Source: Sphaerodactylus townsendi
Taxonomy: Eukaryota
Reading direction: 5' to 3'
Length of the DNA: 64,000 nucleotides
Assembly (NCBI RefSeq): GCF_021028975.2
Contig: NC_059429.1
Location: 52,700,001-52,764,000, forward strand
The notes under the pieces: model-generated
Databases searched by the model: none
The model's input: the letters and a program-made list of their open reading frames with translations, nothing else
Told to the model about the DNA's origin: nothing
Translations under genes and position numbers: made by a program
Part shown: piece after piece, positions 1 to 11,430 of the stretch
How positions within the stretch are numbered: the first letter of the stretch is position 1
How the letters are laid out: the number at the start of each line of letters is the position of its first letter

Positions 1-536
1 ACTCAAACAAAGTTTCTTCTACAGAAGCATTCTGAATACTTTAAAACAGATAGTTCATGGCTCCTCACACTATTCTTGAGCAGAAGTAAAACAAAATTAA
101 TGCTATCAGTACTTTACCAAAAAAGGAGCAGAATTTTTTCAGCTGTAGACATGTGATATATTTCAGGGAGTGGAGTGTGTTTCAAAGTATCCATGCTAGC
201 TACTTAGTCCCAAGAGTTTTTCTCCACCCCCATACTGAAATATGACTCACAGTGCTAAAGTTAACATTTACAGAAGATTCAAAAGACAGATACTTTCATA
301 CTGTTAAAAGAAAAGAACATGACAAGTGACAGTTGTTACACCAGACAACTAGAGATTTGGAAATTTACACTCCTATCACAGCACACATTAGAGCAGTGGT
401 CTTAAATCTTTTAAAACTCAGGACACACCTTTTGTACCCAGGGAAGCATACAGCCCACTGAGATGCAATCAAATGATAGGAGAAACCAAATGATAAAAGA
501 ATGGGGGAAGCCAAAGTTAAATGTCACTGGTGCAGG

Positions 537-1510
537 CACGGTGCATTTGATTGATTTAAATCGCTAGTCGATAAGACTTGATTTAAATCATGGTTTTCTA
601 CATAAAAACTCATTCTTGATTATATATTTTAATATTTACAACCAGATGAAGGTTTCGTTTTTAGAATAGCTTTTTGGATCAGTTTTACAGTTATATCAAA
701 AATTACTGATTTGGTTATACTATTAGAGTTACATAGATGGATAATTATGAAATTGTGCAAGGTGAACTATCTACAGTTTCATTCAGGCCATCAATAGAGA
801 ACTTCATTACAATATTCCTAAATGCCTGCTGCCATTACAGATTTTCTCTTTCAGGGAGAGAATATGATAAATCTCAGGCTATACACACAAAGATCCCAAG
901 ACTTGAGCAGTATTCTGTTCAAAAGGTTTCACTTTCATTTTAAATGACTGCCTCTCCCACCTCACACTTAGATTTTTGTGCAGAGGCATTCCACTACAAA
1001 CAATCTTCTAGTCAATTAATTTCTTGAAAACTAAGCACTTAAGAGGTCTGTGTCTGAAATTTGCAAAGAAACAATGGGATAAAGATCTTTTCCTCAACTC
1101 TGAATGCTTATTTTATAACATTTTAATTATGAAGAAGAGACATGTTATCTCTGCAGACACAAATTCACTGTTTTGAGAACTGCAAAATGAAGCATCTGTG
1201 ATAATATCTTTGAGATTTAAAAACTGCTCAATCTTATAGAAACCTCTGGAAGAGCATGACATGGTGAATGAATTAATGGAATTCGTTTACCAAAATTTTA
1301 TACATTGCATGATATACAGGCTCATACTACATACTTAAAAACTAATCTTTAGTTCATGATAAATAACCTTTGGACTATAATGTCTCTTAAACAGAAAGCT
1401 ATTTAAGCTATTGGTTATCTTTATAGAACATTTTATTTTTTTCAAAATCCAATTTCAATTAAAAAGATCCAATTTAATTTTTAAAAAACTATTTATCTTT
1501 ATTCACTCTT
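537..1510. mobile_element. Old hAT-like DNA transposon derivative
   Basis: Degenerate termini (cacggtgcat...attcactctt) and subterminal GATTTAAATC palindromes. Confidence 0.4.
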
Positions 1511-1579
1511 GGGGAGAGGTGTACTCCACAAGTGTACACAAAACACCAGAAGCCTGAACGGGGGCTGGGGATGTAAAAA

Positions 1580-1686
1580 AAAGTAAAGTTTCCCCTTTAG
1601 TCGTATCCGACCCTGGGGTACCACTGCAAGCAGTGATTTTATAGGCAAGCCGCTTTTGTGGGGTAGTTTGCCATTGCTTTCCCCTG
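1580..1686 (-). mobile_element. Short SINE fragment (Sauria/BovB-related)
   Basis: aaagtaaagt...agtcgtatccgacc...gtagtttgccattgctttcccc pattern typical of squamate BovB-tail SINEs. Confidence 0.45.
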
Positions 1687-4600
1687 CTGGGGATGTAGGG
1701 CTGTACTAAAAGGAATTATAGGATTGCCCATTGGAAACAATGGGGGAGACAGGAAGGCCCTTTTGAAATAATTGGAATCAGAAATGTCAATTGACTTGCA
1801 TGGACTCCATTGAAATAGTAGCAAAGAAAATGTGGAATGGATTTCAACAAAGATCCCTGGGCCCATAAAGACTACCCTGATACTAAAATGACAGTTCCCA
1901 CACAGGAGTAACAGCCCCAGGGAACAGAATCTGTGCGTTGGCACTGCGATGACAGATGGCACACTGGAATGACAGCCCCTGGAAACAGAATCTGTGCTCT
2001 AGATGCTAAAGAACAAGATGGAACATTGTGGGACCCTGCAGGTCAAAGGGCTTAACAGCAGCCCCCCAGCATCACCATCTGAAACCTACCCTCCAGATAG
2101 GACTGAAATCACCACAAATCAGTGCTTCCCAGGATCTCCAGGGTCACAGTCCTGTTCCCTTTATTAATGTTTTGGGTGATCACCCTCTCTCTCTCAAATA
2201 GGAATTAACCCAGTCAGTCAGACCCCCTTTGGTTAATTTGAGTCACCATGCAGGACAAGGGTCACACAAATAGGTTATGTATCTCAAACTTTCAAGGATT
2301 CTGTTTGTATCCTCAGAATGAATAATCTGAAAAGCATCCCAAACAATTGGGAGAATCCCCTGGCTCCATGCTAACAGAGAATCCTGGTCAGAATGGATGC
2401 AACAGATTTTATTCACAAAGCACTGAGCAAACAATCACAGTGGGCCTCTGAGCAGCCTACCTCACAAAAGTCCTCTGACCACCCAGAACAGCTCATTTGG
2501 CCTACATGGCATAGATGCAACAGCAGAAGAAAAGTATTGTTTCTTTACTGCCATTACAACTACAAAGTATGCTTTTTGCTTTTATATAAATTAACAGCTA
2601 GACATTGTTTAAATAACACTTTAAGTAGAGTATATCTCCCAGCAGATTTCAATCTCTTAGTCTGTCTGCTTCTTCCAGAGTGCAAGCAAAGCATCTGGTG
2701 CTACCATTTGGCTAACATGATGTCTCAGCATATTCTTATTATTTAAAGCCACTGTACGGTTCTTATGAAGCCATTAAGCCAACAACGTAACTGGAGAATA
2801 CAATAGCCATAATCACATGTTACAATGAAAGCATGTACATCTTGTATCATGCATGTACCTGCACAAGGAAAGACCAATATGCATTCACTTTATAAATGAA
2901 ACCAGGGGCCAATACCTGGATAAATGTGGGGTTTAAAATAAAACATTCATCTGTATTTTGTTGGACACAACATAATTACTCAACACATATATGAAGAAAA
3001 ATCAAACATGCACTATGCATAAATCGTATGCAGCTTAATGGTTTCCTTGGAAAGGAAAAGCCAGGAGAAAGAATAGAGTCATCAATTTACTTGGGTCGTA
3101 ATCTCTAAGGTTCTCTTTTATCTAAAAGAAGCTGACCCTGTAATGGCTGCCAGACAATCCAAAGCGTATGATTTAGAATGCACTATATGAAATGTAATAA
3201 ATACTTAGTAGAAATAATACCCACTATAATTGAAGGTTGATTACTAATTTGGGCAGCTACTTTAAAAAAATGTTACAACTATCACTATTCAAAAAGTATC
3301 AACTGAGTACAACCACCAGAGGTCACTAAACAAATGGTTATCTTCATAAATATTAGAATTGCTCACAGAAGACACCCCTGGTTGGAATGGGGCTTTTGGA
3401 GCTTAAATTCTTGTTTCAGCAACAATTAAAAAACAGCATCATTGTACTACAAAAACATTATGCCTTTATTTAATGGCAGCAGTGTATTCAGATTATAAAT
3501 CTCAATCTTCTGAAAATCCCTACATTTCAAATGGACTCCCATCTTGATCTTTCCACAATAGCAAAACTGTAAAGGCCAGTAATACTTTGGATAACACTTC
3601 TACCTTCCCAGTTTCTGGCATACATATATGAGCACAGAGTCTCTGACCATCCTATGTCAATTCTCTGCTTCTTATACTATGTGTTTTTTTAACTGCCATA
3701 CTTTTGAGCCTACGTGAGCTCCTCTGCCATGCCCACAGCTGCGGAACCAGCTGCCTAATTTTAAAACCTCCTTCTAGTGCCCCTATTTTGAAAGAAAAAA
3801 GAGTTTAAAAAGAGAAGTACTGCCAAAATTCACATCACTCTTAACATTGAAATCGTGATTCAACAACATTTTGAAATAAATTGTACTATTCAGTTTCTGT
3901 ACATTAGTTTTCCAGTGCTTAATGTCTGATGTGAGACAGTGCTGAACCACCTAGAAGCTGCACTCTATCCCTACATTTAAATGGCCAATGCTGGTAACTC
4001 ACATATGAAGAAAAAATACTTTTATTTTTTTGAAGCTCCAACATTACATATTTTAGCGATGCATCCAAGAAAAGCTAAGCTCAGATTGAAATCTGCATAT
4101 ATTTTTCAGATATTAAAAAATATTGATCTATAAAGGATCTATAAAGTAATTCAACTGAATCTATCAACTAGGTCACACTCAGTTGATCAGACTGTTTTCC
4201 ACAGCCCAAATGTATGTATATTTATCCCAAACCCTATCAAGTGTCTGGAAATGATTCTGATCTGGAGCGCACACTCAATTCAAGAATGGTGTTAAAGGGG
4301 AATGCTGCGTCTAGTGTTCCTTTCCGTGAACAGAGAGTTCATCCGCCCAGCCAACAGTCACCTGCAGCTTTGTACTGCAGAATAAGTTCAGCAATAGTAA
4401 GCGATCTGCCTTTCAAGGAAGCTTGCCTGCCACTGATGATGGTTTAATTGAGAGATCCTTGATAATCTTTTAAGAAATTGTATGTTTCCTTAAAACACGG
4501 TCTGGAATCTATTACAATGGGACATACTTCCAACTAATTCCACAGTCCAAAATAACAAGTTTATTAACCACTCACTACACTGCTTTGAGTTTTTATCCGG

Positions 4601-5269
4601 TGAGCTAACTTCATTTACTAAAAAGCAAGTTTGACTGATTTTCATGTCATTCACACCCTGGTGTGAGCCTAGTCTAGTCATACCCTACAAAAGGTATTTT
4701 CTTTTCTTTCAGTATTTTTGAGTTCAGGACCATATATATGCAACACATTTCTCTTCAACACAACAAGAAAAGTAATTACACAAATAGAATTATTAGCATC
4801 ATGACAGTATTATACAATTGAACATGTCTATTGATTTTTTGAACAATCCTCAGGCTCCAACAAATTCAAGATTCTTCATTTTGCAATTTTAATAGGATAG
4901 GCTGAAAGACTGACACAAAAATTGGACATCTGAGCCCAGTACTAACCACCCCATTCCACTGGTTAAAACTGGCTCTTTCAGCATTTCTTATTTCAAGTCA
5001 GACCACAAACACCAGCTGTCAGTTGAAGTGAAAATCTGCCTGAGCTTTATAACGATGTATGCTTCTATTGGATGATTCTGGGACGGACGAAAGACACATT
5101 TTTATACTGGAGAAGCTGTATGATAAATATACAGATATTGCGTTAATTCACCTAGCATAGATTCTCAAAACCTACCACTTTCGAATGCGCATCGTAGATC
5201 CTGCAGCATCCTACATCGATAGACCTAACGGTAGTGGCTAAACGCCGAATTCATAAGACTTTCTCTAAA

Positions 5270-6770
5270 GGGAACAGCCGCGACTATTCATCTCCATCCC
5301 CACCCCGCATCCCTTTGCCCAACTTGGACTCACTGAGGGAATAAATTCGCGTCGATGGCGCCTTTTGCAACAACTCCCACAAATTACCTCACTCCGTTAT
5401 CATCCGAACTCACTGACTGAAGAAACGTCAAAAAAAAAACAAAATGCTTCTGCACGAACTCTCGCGAGACAGACACAAGCTCCTTATTAGGTCATACTGT
5501 CTCTTCACTGGGAAGGAAATCGCGTGACTCTCCTGCCTTCGGATGTTTCCGTCGTCCCTAAGCAACCAACCCCCACCCACTCTCCGTTAGAAACTGCGAC
5601 CTAACTCTCGCGAGAGTCCTCTCGCAATCTTTTTTTCGTCCTTCTGAGACGATGCCTCTCCAAATCCCGCGGCCATTTATCGAGATCTCGCGAGAGTTGA
5701 GTGGGTTTTCCCTCCTCCTCTCGTGAAACACGATGCGACGAAGGAATGTGAAAGGCTCCCGCCCGCCGCCATTTTCTTTCTTTCTCGACAAGCGGAGAGA
5801 GCGGTAGGAAGAGGTGAAGCGGACATGGCGGATTATTCTACGGTACCCCCTCCTTCTTCGGGCGCGCCCGGGGGAGGCGGAGGAGGTGGCGGGGGAGTCA
5901 ATGACGCTTTTAAGGACGCGCTGCAACGGGCTAGGCAGGTGTGTATTGTGAACCCCGGGGGAGGGATGCCGCTTCTGAGGCCGGCCTAGTCCTCAGACTC
6001 TCATCTAGGCCGCGGAGCTCCCCATCTGCCCCTCAGAGGCGAGAATAGGGATGGGCAGAGGAAGCCCCTCACTCAGGTCCTTTAGCGACCAGGAGAACTC
6101 CCGCTGCCCGGTTCCAGTAGTGGAGTGAGGCGGCGAGCCGTTTTGTGAGCCTCTGCAAAGCGCTTTCCGGGAGGCCGCTCAGCTCGCCTCACAAAGGGTG
6201 GGAGGAGAGTCGTTTGGGGCCACCATTTCTTTCTCGTGTCCCGAATGGTGGAACCAGGAGAAGGAGACTTCGATGGTCCCTGATACCTCCCCCGCAGTTT
6301 TTCTTGTTCTCTCAGTACTCCAGTGATGGTAACGTTCTTCAGACGTGTGTGATAGCATTCCGGGCGAAGGCGGTAGCGTTCGCGGTTCTGGTTCTTCCTC
6401 TTGCCTTCGGAGAAGGGGGCGGGGGCGACTCCGAATTTTCTGCGTGACTCTGTAGCCGTGTAAACCCCCGACTGCGTGATGGCCGCCTCCATTGTGCTCA
6501 CCGCGGAGTACGCCCAACAGGGCAGGAATCAGTCGGCATTGGTAGTGGAAGCGCGGTTCTCTTTCCACACGCGGGCAGGCGCGGGATCGCCCCCTCCCTC
6601 GTTACGTTGTTCTCTGCTAAAAGATCTCGTGCGCCATCTCGCCCGCCGAACCGCAGGAAGAGCTTCCATAATCTCCCCGGTTACAGGTCCTTGCATCCGA
6701 CTGTGGAGCATACTAATCTCCAGGAGACTTTTCTGCCGTTCCTCCGGTTATGAATTTCCGCCCTACGCCC
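5270..6770. promoter_or_regulatory. CpG-island promoter of FUBP1, probably bidirectional
   Basis: Sharp rise in GC/CpG around exon 1. Perfect TCTCGCGAGA palindromes at 5460-5469, 5606-5615 and 5686-5695. YY1-type GCCATTTT/GCCATTT motifs near 5672 and 5768. Confidence 0.85.
5825..5938 (+). CDS. FUBP1: FUBP1 exon 1 (MADYSTVPPPSSGAPGGG...NDAFKDALQRARQ)
   Basis: ATG in good context (gacATGg), recognisable N-terminus, donor CAG|GTGTGT. Confidence 0.96.
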
Positions 6771-7775
6771 CATTCATTCAGCAATCCGAACATTTTGCCT
6801 TAAGTTTCGTGCCTCCTGTTTTCTTTTTAGAGAATGGCCGCATAATTTTTGAGTAGCTACAGGAAACAGCTTTTGAATCCTATAAAGGCTTCCCCTCTTT
6901 TCTGTTACATTGTGCTGGTATTGGCAGAAATACCACAAAAAATCATCCTCTGTTTCCCTATTCTGTGCTGTTTATTAGTTTCGATTATCCCAAAAGACAA
7001 ATTAGTAATTACTTACTGTCACAAGTAATTGCTCCTATTTTTAGTAGCAATATTCTGCTTTAATTTATTTTTGCAATCTGCTTTCTTGTTCCCTATTAAC
7101 TTGTTTAGACAAGATTGTTCGATGAAACTTCAGTTTTCTGCCTATCGCTGCATTGTAGTGCAATAAATTTTTGCACAAACTGTAGTTCCTTTGTTTTTCT
7201 CTTATTCAGTGCTGAAAGGTAAACCTTCTCTGTAAGGAGGGGAGCCATTTGGGAACATTGTGGCTACATTACTTAACAGTGTACCCAAAGGCTATATAAC
7301 TTCAGTGTGGCTTTTCTGGTGCTTAGACTGCTAAATAACTGTCTGCAAATAACTATAAAATCCTAGCATTCATTTTTTAAACACTGTGTTTCCACTTCTA
7401 GTGGATGCAGAGAAATTCTTGAAAACGTTTTAAATATTTAGAGTGTTTTTAAAAGTATCACTCGGTCATAAAATCACATGCAGCCCAATCCAATCCTTCA
7501 TGTTACGCTGTCTTCCATAGCATTGTGTTTTTATTTCACATCCATTATGAAATTAAAGATTACTATCTTATACACATACATGCTTGGAAATAATTCCCAG
7601 TGAACTCACAATTTGGTATTCAATAAATATTCTGTTTTAAGCTCTCACAACTCATCTTAATAATAGTTCAAGCTTGTCTTGTATCCGTTAACATTGTAAA
7701 GGGCTCACTAGTGCTATGGATATTGGGTAGAGTGAAGTAAGCAAAGATGGTTTTTCCTATATATTTTGCATAGTT

Positions 7776-8330
7776 TAAGAACATAAGAACTAGCCTGCTG
7801 GATCAGACCAGAGTCCATCTAGTCCAGCATTCTGCTACTCGCAGTGGCCCACCAGGTGCCTTTGGGAGCTCACATGCAGGATGTGAAAGCAATGGCCTTC
7901 TGCTGCTGCTGCTGCTCCCGATCACCTGGTCTGCTAAGGCATTTGCAATCTCAGATCAAGGAGGATCAAGATTGGTAGCCATAGATTGACTTCTCCTCCA
8001 TGAATCTGTCCAAGCCCCTTTTAAAGCTATCCAGGTTAGTGGCCATCACCACCTCCTGTGGCATCACATTCCAAACACCAATCACACGTTGTGTGAAGAA
8101 GTGTTTCCTTTTATTAGTCCTAATTCTTCCCCCCAGCATTTTCAATGAATGCCCCCTGGTTCTAGTATTGTGAGAAAGAGAGAAAAATTTCTCTCTGTCA
8201 ACATTTTCTACCCCATGCATAATTTTATAGACTTCAATCATATCCCCCCTCAGACGTCTCCTCTCCAAACTAAAGAGTCCCAAACGCTGCAGCCTCTCCT
8301 CATAAGGAAGGTGCTCCAATCCTTCAATCA
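7776..8330 (-). mobile_element. CR1 LINE 3' fragment
   Basis: ORF 7966..8331 is near-identical to the C-terminus of the CR1 ORF2 at 58792..59334; (TTCTTATG)n tail. Confidence 0.95.
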
Positions 8331-9108
8331 AAAAAATCAGTTTTTTGCCCTGGACTAATGATATGGTGCAATCATAACAAGAATTACACCCTTCTTAGTC
8401 TTTTGACTAAAATGGTCTTAACAGGATGTTAATTTGGTTTAGGATTTCAGTGTTGCCTTTTTCCTCAATGTTCTCACGGAGGATCCAGCAGACTGATATC
8501 CCTGCCATCTTCAAGCATCCATGTAGTTCAGGCTTTTGGCTTCTTGAATCAGTGGATTGTGTCCAAACTAAATTTTCCAGGGGTGGAATGGAACTGCCTT
8601 ACCCCTCCAATGCAAACCAGTGGTCTCCCTGAAATGCTTCTCCTGGGAGACAAGGGACCCAGAGGAGTGGCATGGGAGGTCTTGTGAAAAGGTGAAAGTG
8701 GTAGAAATTTCCAGGCTAACCCAGTGTCTCAGGAAGAATTCAGTTGGGTCAGTTCTCATCATATTACATAATTGCTCCAACAGTTGCTATGTTACTTAAC
8801 TGTGTAGGGTTGTATTTAAATAGTAGCAGTTTGTCTCCATTGTGTGCTTTTGTAAGTAATTCTTGCATTTATGAATTTTATGATTAAACTGACTCACTGA
8901 AAATCATCATTATAGTCTACAAAAAGGTATTCACCATTACACACTGGTAATGTTTGTGTAACAATTGCAAGCCATTAGCTAGTGTCAGTGCTGCTTAAAG
9001 TTGAAAAGATTACTAATGTATGCTTGAATTATTTAATTTTTGGTATTTTCACTGGATATATGCAACATTGTAAGATTAATTTTTTCCTTATGTTTTTTCC
9101 TCCTCTAG

Positions 9109-9199
9109 ATTGCAGCCAAAATTGGAGGTGAATCAGGGACATCGGTGAATTCAAATGATTACGGTTATGGGGGACAGAAAAGGCCTCTTGAAGATGGAG
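9109..9199 (+). CDS. FUBP1: FUBP1 exon 2 (IAAKIGGESGTSVNSNDYGYGGQKRPLEDG)
   Basis: Polypyrimidine tract + TAG acceptor, GT donor, in-frame translation. Confidence 0.95.
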
Positions 9200-10051
9200 G
9201 TATGCTGTTCATCAATACCCAAACTACTAGTATATTCATTTCTCAAAAACATTCCTTCACTTTGTATATGTGGAGAAATACATTTTATTAGGCTGCCTTC
9301 TCTCAGTTACTTTAAGGATGGTTCTTAGATGGCTGAGCAATCAGTTTTGAACATGAAAGGTTTTTGAACATGAAACATGAACATCTTTTTAAAAAAACTT
9401 CAGTGGAAGTTATCAGGGCTTTGAGTTTGCATCTGCTTTCATGAGTGGATAGCAATGACTTTACAATTTTTAAAAATCAATCTTAAGGTAGGTGAAAGAG
9501 TTATACTTTATAATTTAAAAAGCATTGTGTGGATTTCAAATTTTTGTATTATAGGATTAACAATTAATGTAATGCTCTTGATTATTTCAAGTTATGGTTA
9601 TATGTTCACTGATGGGTCTTTTCAAATTTCAGTGTGGTTTTTTAAGTTGCATTGTGTGCATGCAACTTTTTAAATGTAATGCATTTCAATGAAAAGTCAA
9701 GCATTAAAAGCTAGATTTGGAGAGAAGCTTCTTTTAGTCTTGAAATGACAAAATAATGTTGCTTGGGAAAAAGTTCTAAAAATGTTTCCAAAATGTGTAG
9801 CAAATGTCTTTTAAAAAGAGCAGTTTTTGTGGGATAATAGAATTTTATATGTCTATCCTCAACAGTGTTATGTAGTATTTATAAAATCCATGAAGAGAAT
9901 TTTCACATCTTGGAGTTGTATGTAGGTTTTAAGGATTATGATTTAGTTTACAGAAAATCAAGGCTCTTGACAAGGAGTACTTGTGTACTTTATTAAAGTG
10001 CCTTTTTATTAATAGTGAGGCTTTTAATATTCAAAAATGAGCTAATGATGC

Positions 10052-10199
10052 NNNNNNNNNNNNNNNNNNNNNNNNNNNNNNNNNNNNNNNNNNNNNNNNN
10101 NNNNNNNNNNNNNNNNNNNNNNNNNNNNNNNNNNNNNNNNNNNNNNNNNNNNNNNNNNNNNNNNNNNNNNNNNNNNNNNNNNNNNNNNNNNNNNNNNNN
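10052..10199. other. N gap (148 nt)
   Basis: Run of N. Confidence 1.
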
Positions 10200-10936
10200 G
10201 AAATGAACTAGTGGATCTTTTGAAATGGATGACACAGATATTTCTTGGAATATGTGTCTGACTTTGCTGCACTTAATTATGATGGTTCATCATATCTGAA
10301 TACGGGGTGGGAAGGAAACATTTGAAGGAATTATTACATATTGGTTATCTACGACTTTCACTCATACTAAACGGATTTGAATGGTAGTGATAGTGGTTTT
10401 GAATCTGCTGTTTTGAAGTCTTACGCTATGAAATTTTCAGTATTCATCTAGGAAGTCTGTACAACAGTTACTAGATTGAGATTGTATTGCTATGTGTTGG
10501 TTGCATCTCAAATTTTGATTTTCTATTTAGTATCGTGGTTGTTGTCAGACATAATTGTAAAATGATTATTTCTCACAATAGTGGTCTTTTCAGTTTTTGT
10601 TACAGAAGCATCATTAGCTTTAGTGTCAAATTACTGATGATACAGTTAAATGCGTGTTAGTTACTTTTTAGTGAGTAGACATTAATAGTGTGTTTAAACC
10701 TGTGTGCCTTATAAACATTGTCTGATAAATGGAACTACTTCGCATTTTTCCCCCGACTATACTAACCAAGTTCTAAACATAAAAGATTTTTCTTTGTTTA
10801 GATGACCTATTCCCTGAAATTCAAAAACATGCTAAAATGCATTGGACAAGTTGCATTTTGCGCTGCTGGAACAGCCATTTATTTAGGCTGTTTATATTCT
10901 TGACTCCAAAAATTTATAAAACTCTTAATTTTGCAG

Positions 10937-10978
10937 ATCAACCTGAGCCTAAGAAAGTTGCTCCTCCAAATAATGATT
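10937..10978 (+). CDS. FUBP1: FUBP1 exon 3 (DQPEPKKVAPPNND)
   Basis: ttgcag acceptor, gtaagt donor, phase-consistent. Confidence 0.92.
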
Positions 10979-11430
10979 GTAAGTATATTTCATTTTAATT
11001 CATTTCAATTATTATATGTATTTATGGGACAGGTGTTTTATGTCCTGTTCTGCAGACTACGGCTGTAAATTATTGCCTTTATGTGCAAGAAGTAGAAGCA
11101 TAAATGTTGCAGAGCTGCTGAATCTTGTCTTGACTTTGCTAAACCTCATCACCAATAATATTTATTAGCTCTATTTCACAGACTTCTTTTGAAACTCTGT
11201 TGTTCAGCTACGCACAGTGATTATATTTGGGATGAACTGCTATAAGTTCTAATGTGAATGTGCAAGGAGCTCAATATTCCAGCCGGTATCTTCTAATGCC
11301 TTCATTAAAATTTGGATTTTTTTTCCAGAATTTGACAAAGAATAATGCTGCATGCTCAGTTACTTCTGTTAATCATTTATAGCGAATATGAAGCAAACTA
11401 CACTACATAGCATTGAAACAGTCATCCAGG

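Noticed and set aside
1910-2000. Duplicated acagcccc(a/t)g(g/a)aacagaatctgtgc segment
   Set aside because: Short two-copy repeat, probably within an old unclassified repeat; nothing else supports function.
5723-5824. GTG-initiated N-terminal extension of FUBP1 in the ORF track
   Set aside because: Probably 5' UTR/promoter; the ATG at 5825 gives the known N-terminus.
5558-6856. Several overlapping 100-140 aa ORFs on both strands
   Set aside because: Expected from stop-codon scarcity in a CpG island; only 5825-5938 matches a known protein.
9993-10272. ORFs containing long X runs (also 42975-43414)
   Set aside because: Artefacts of translating through N gaps.
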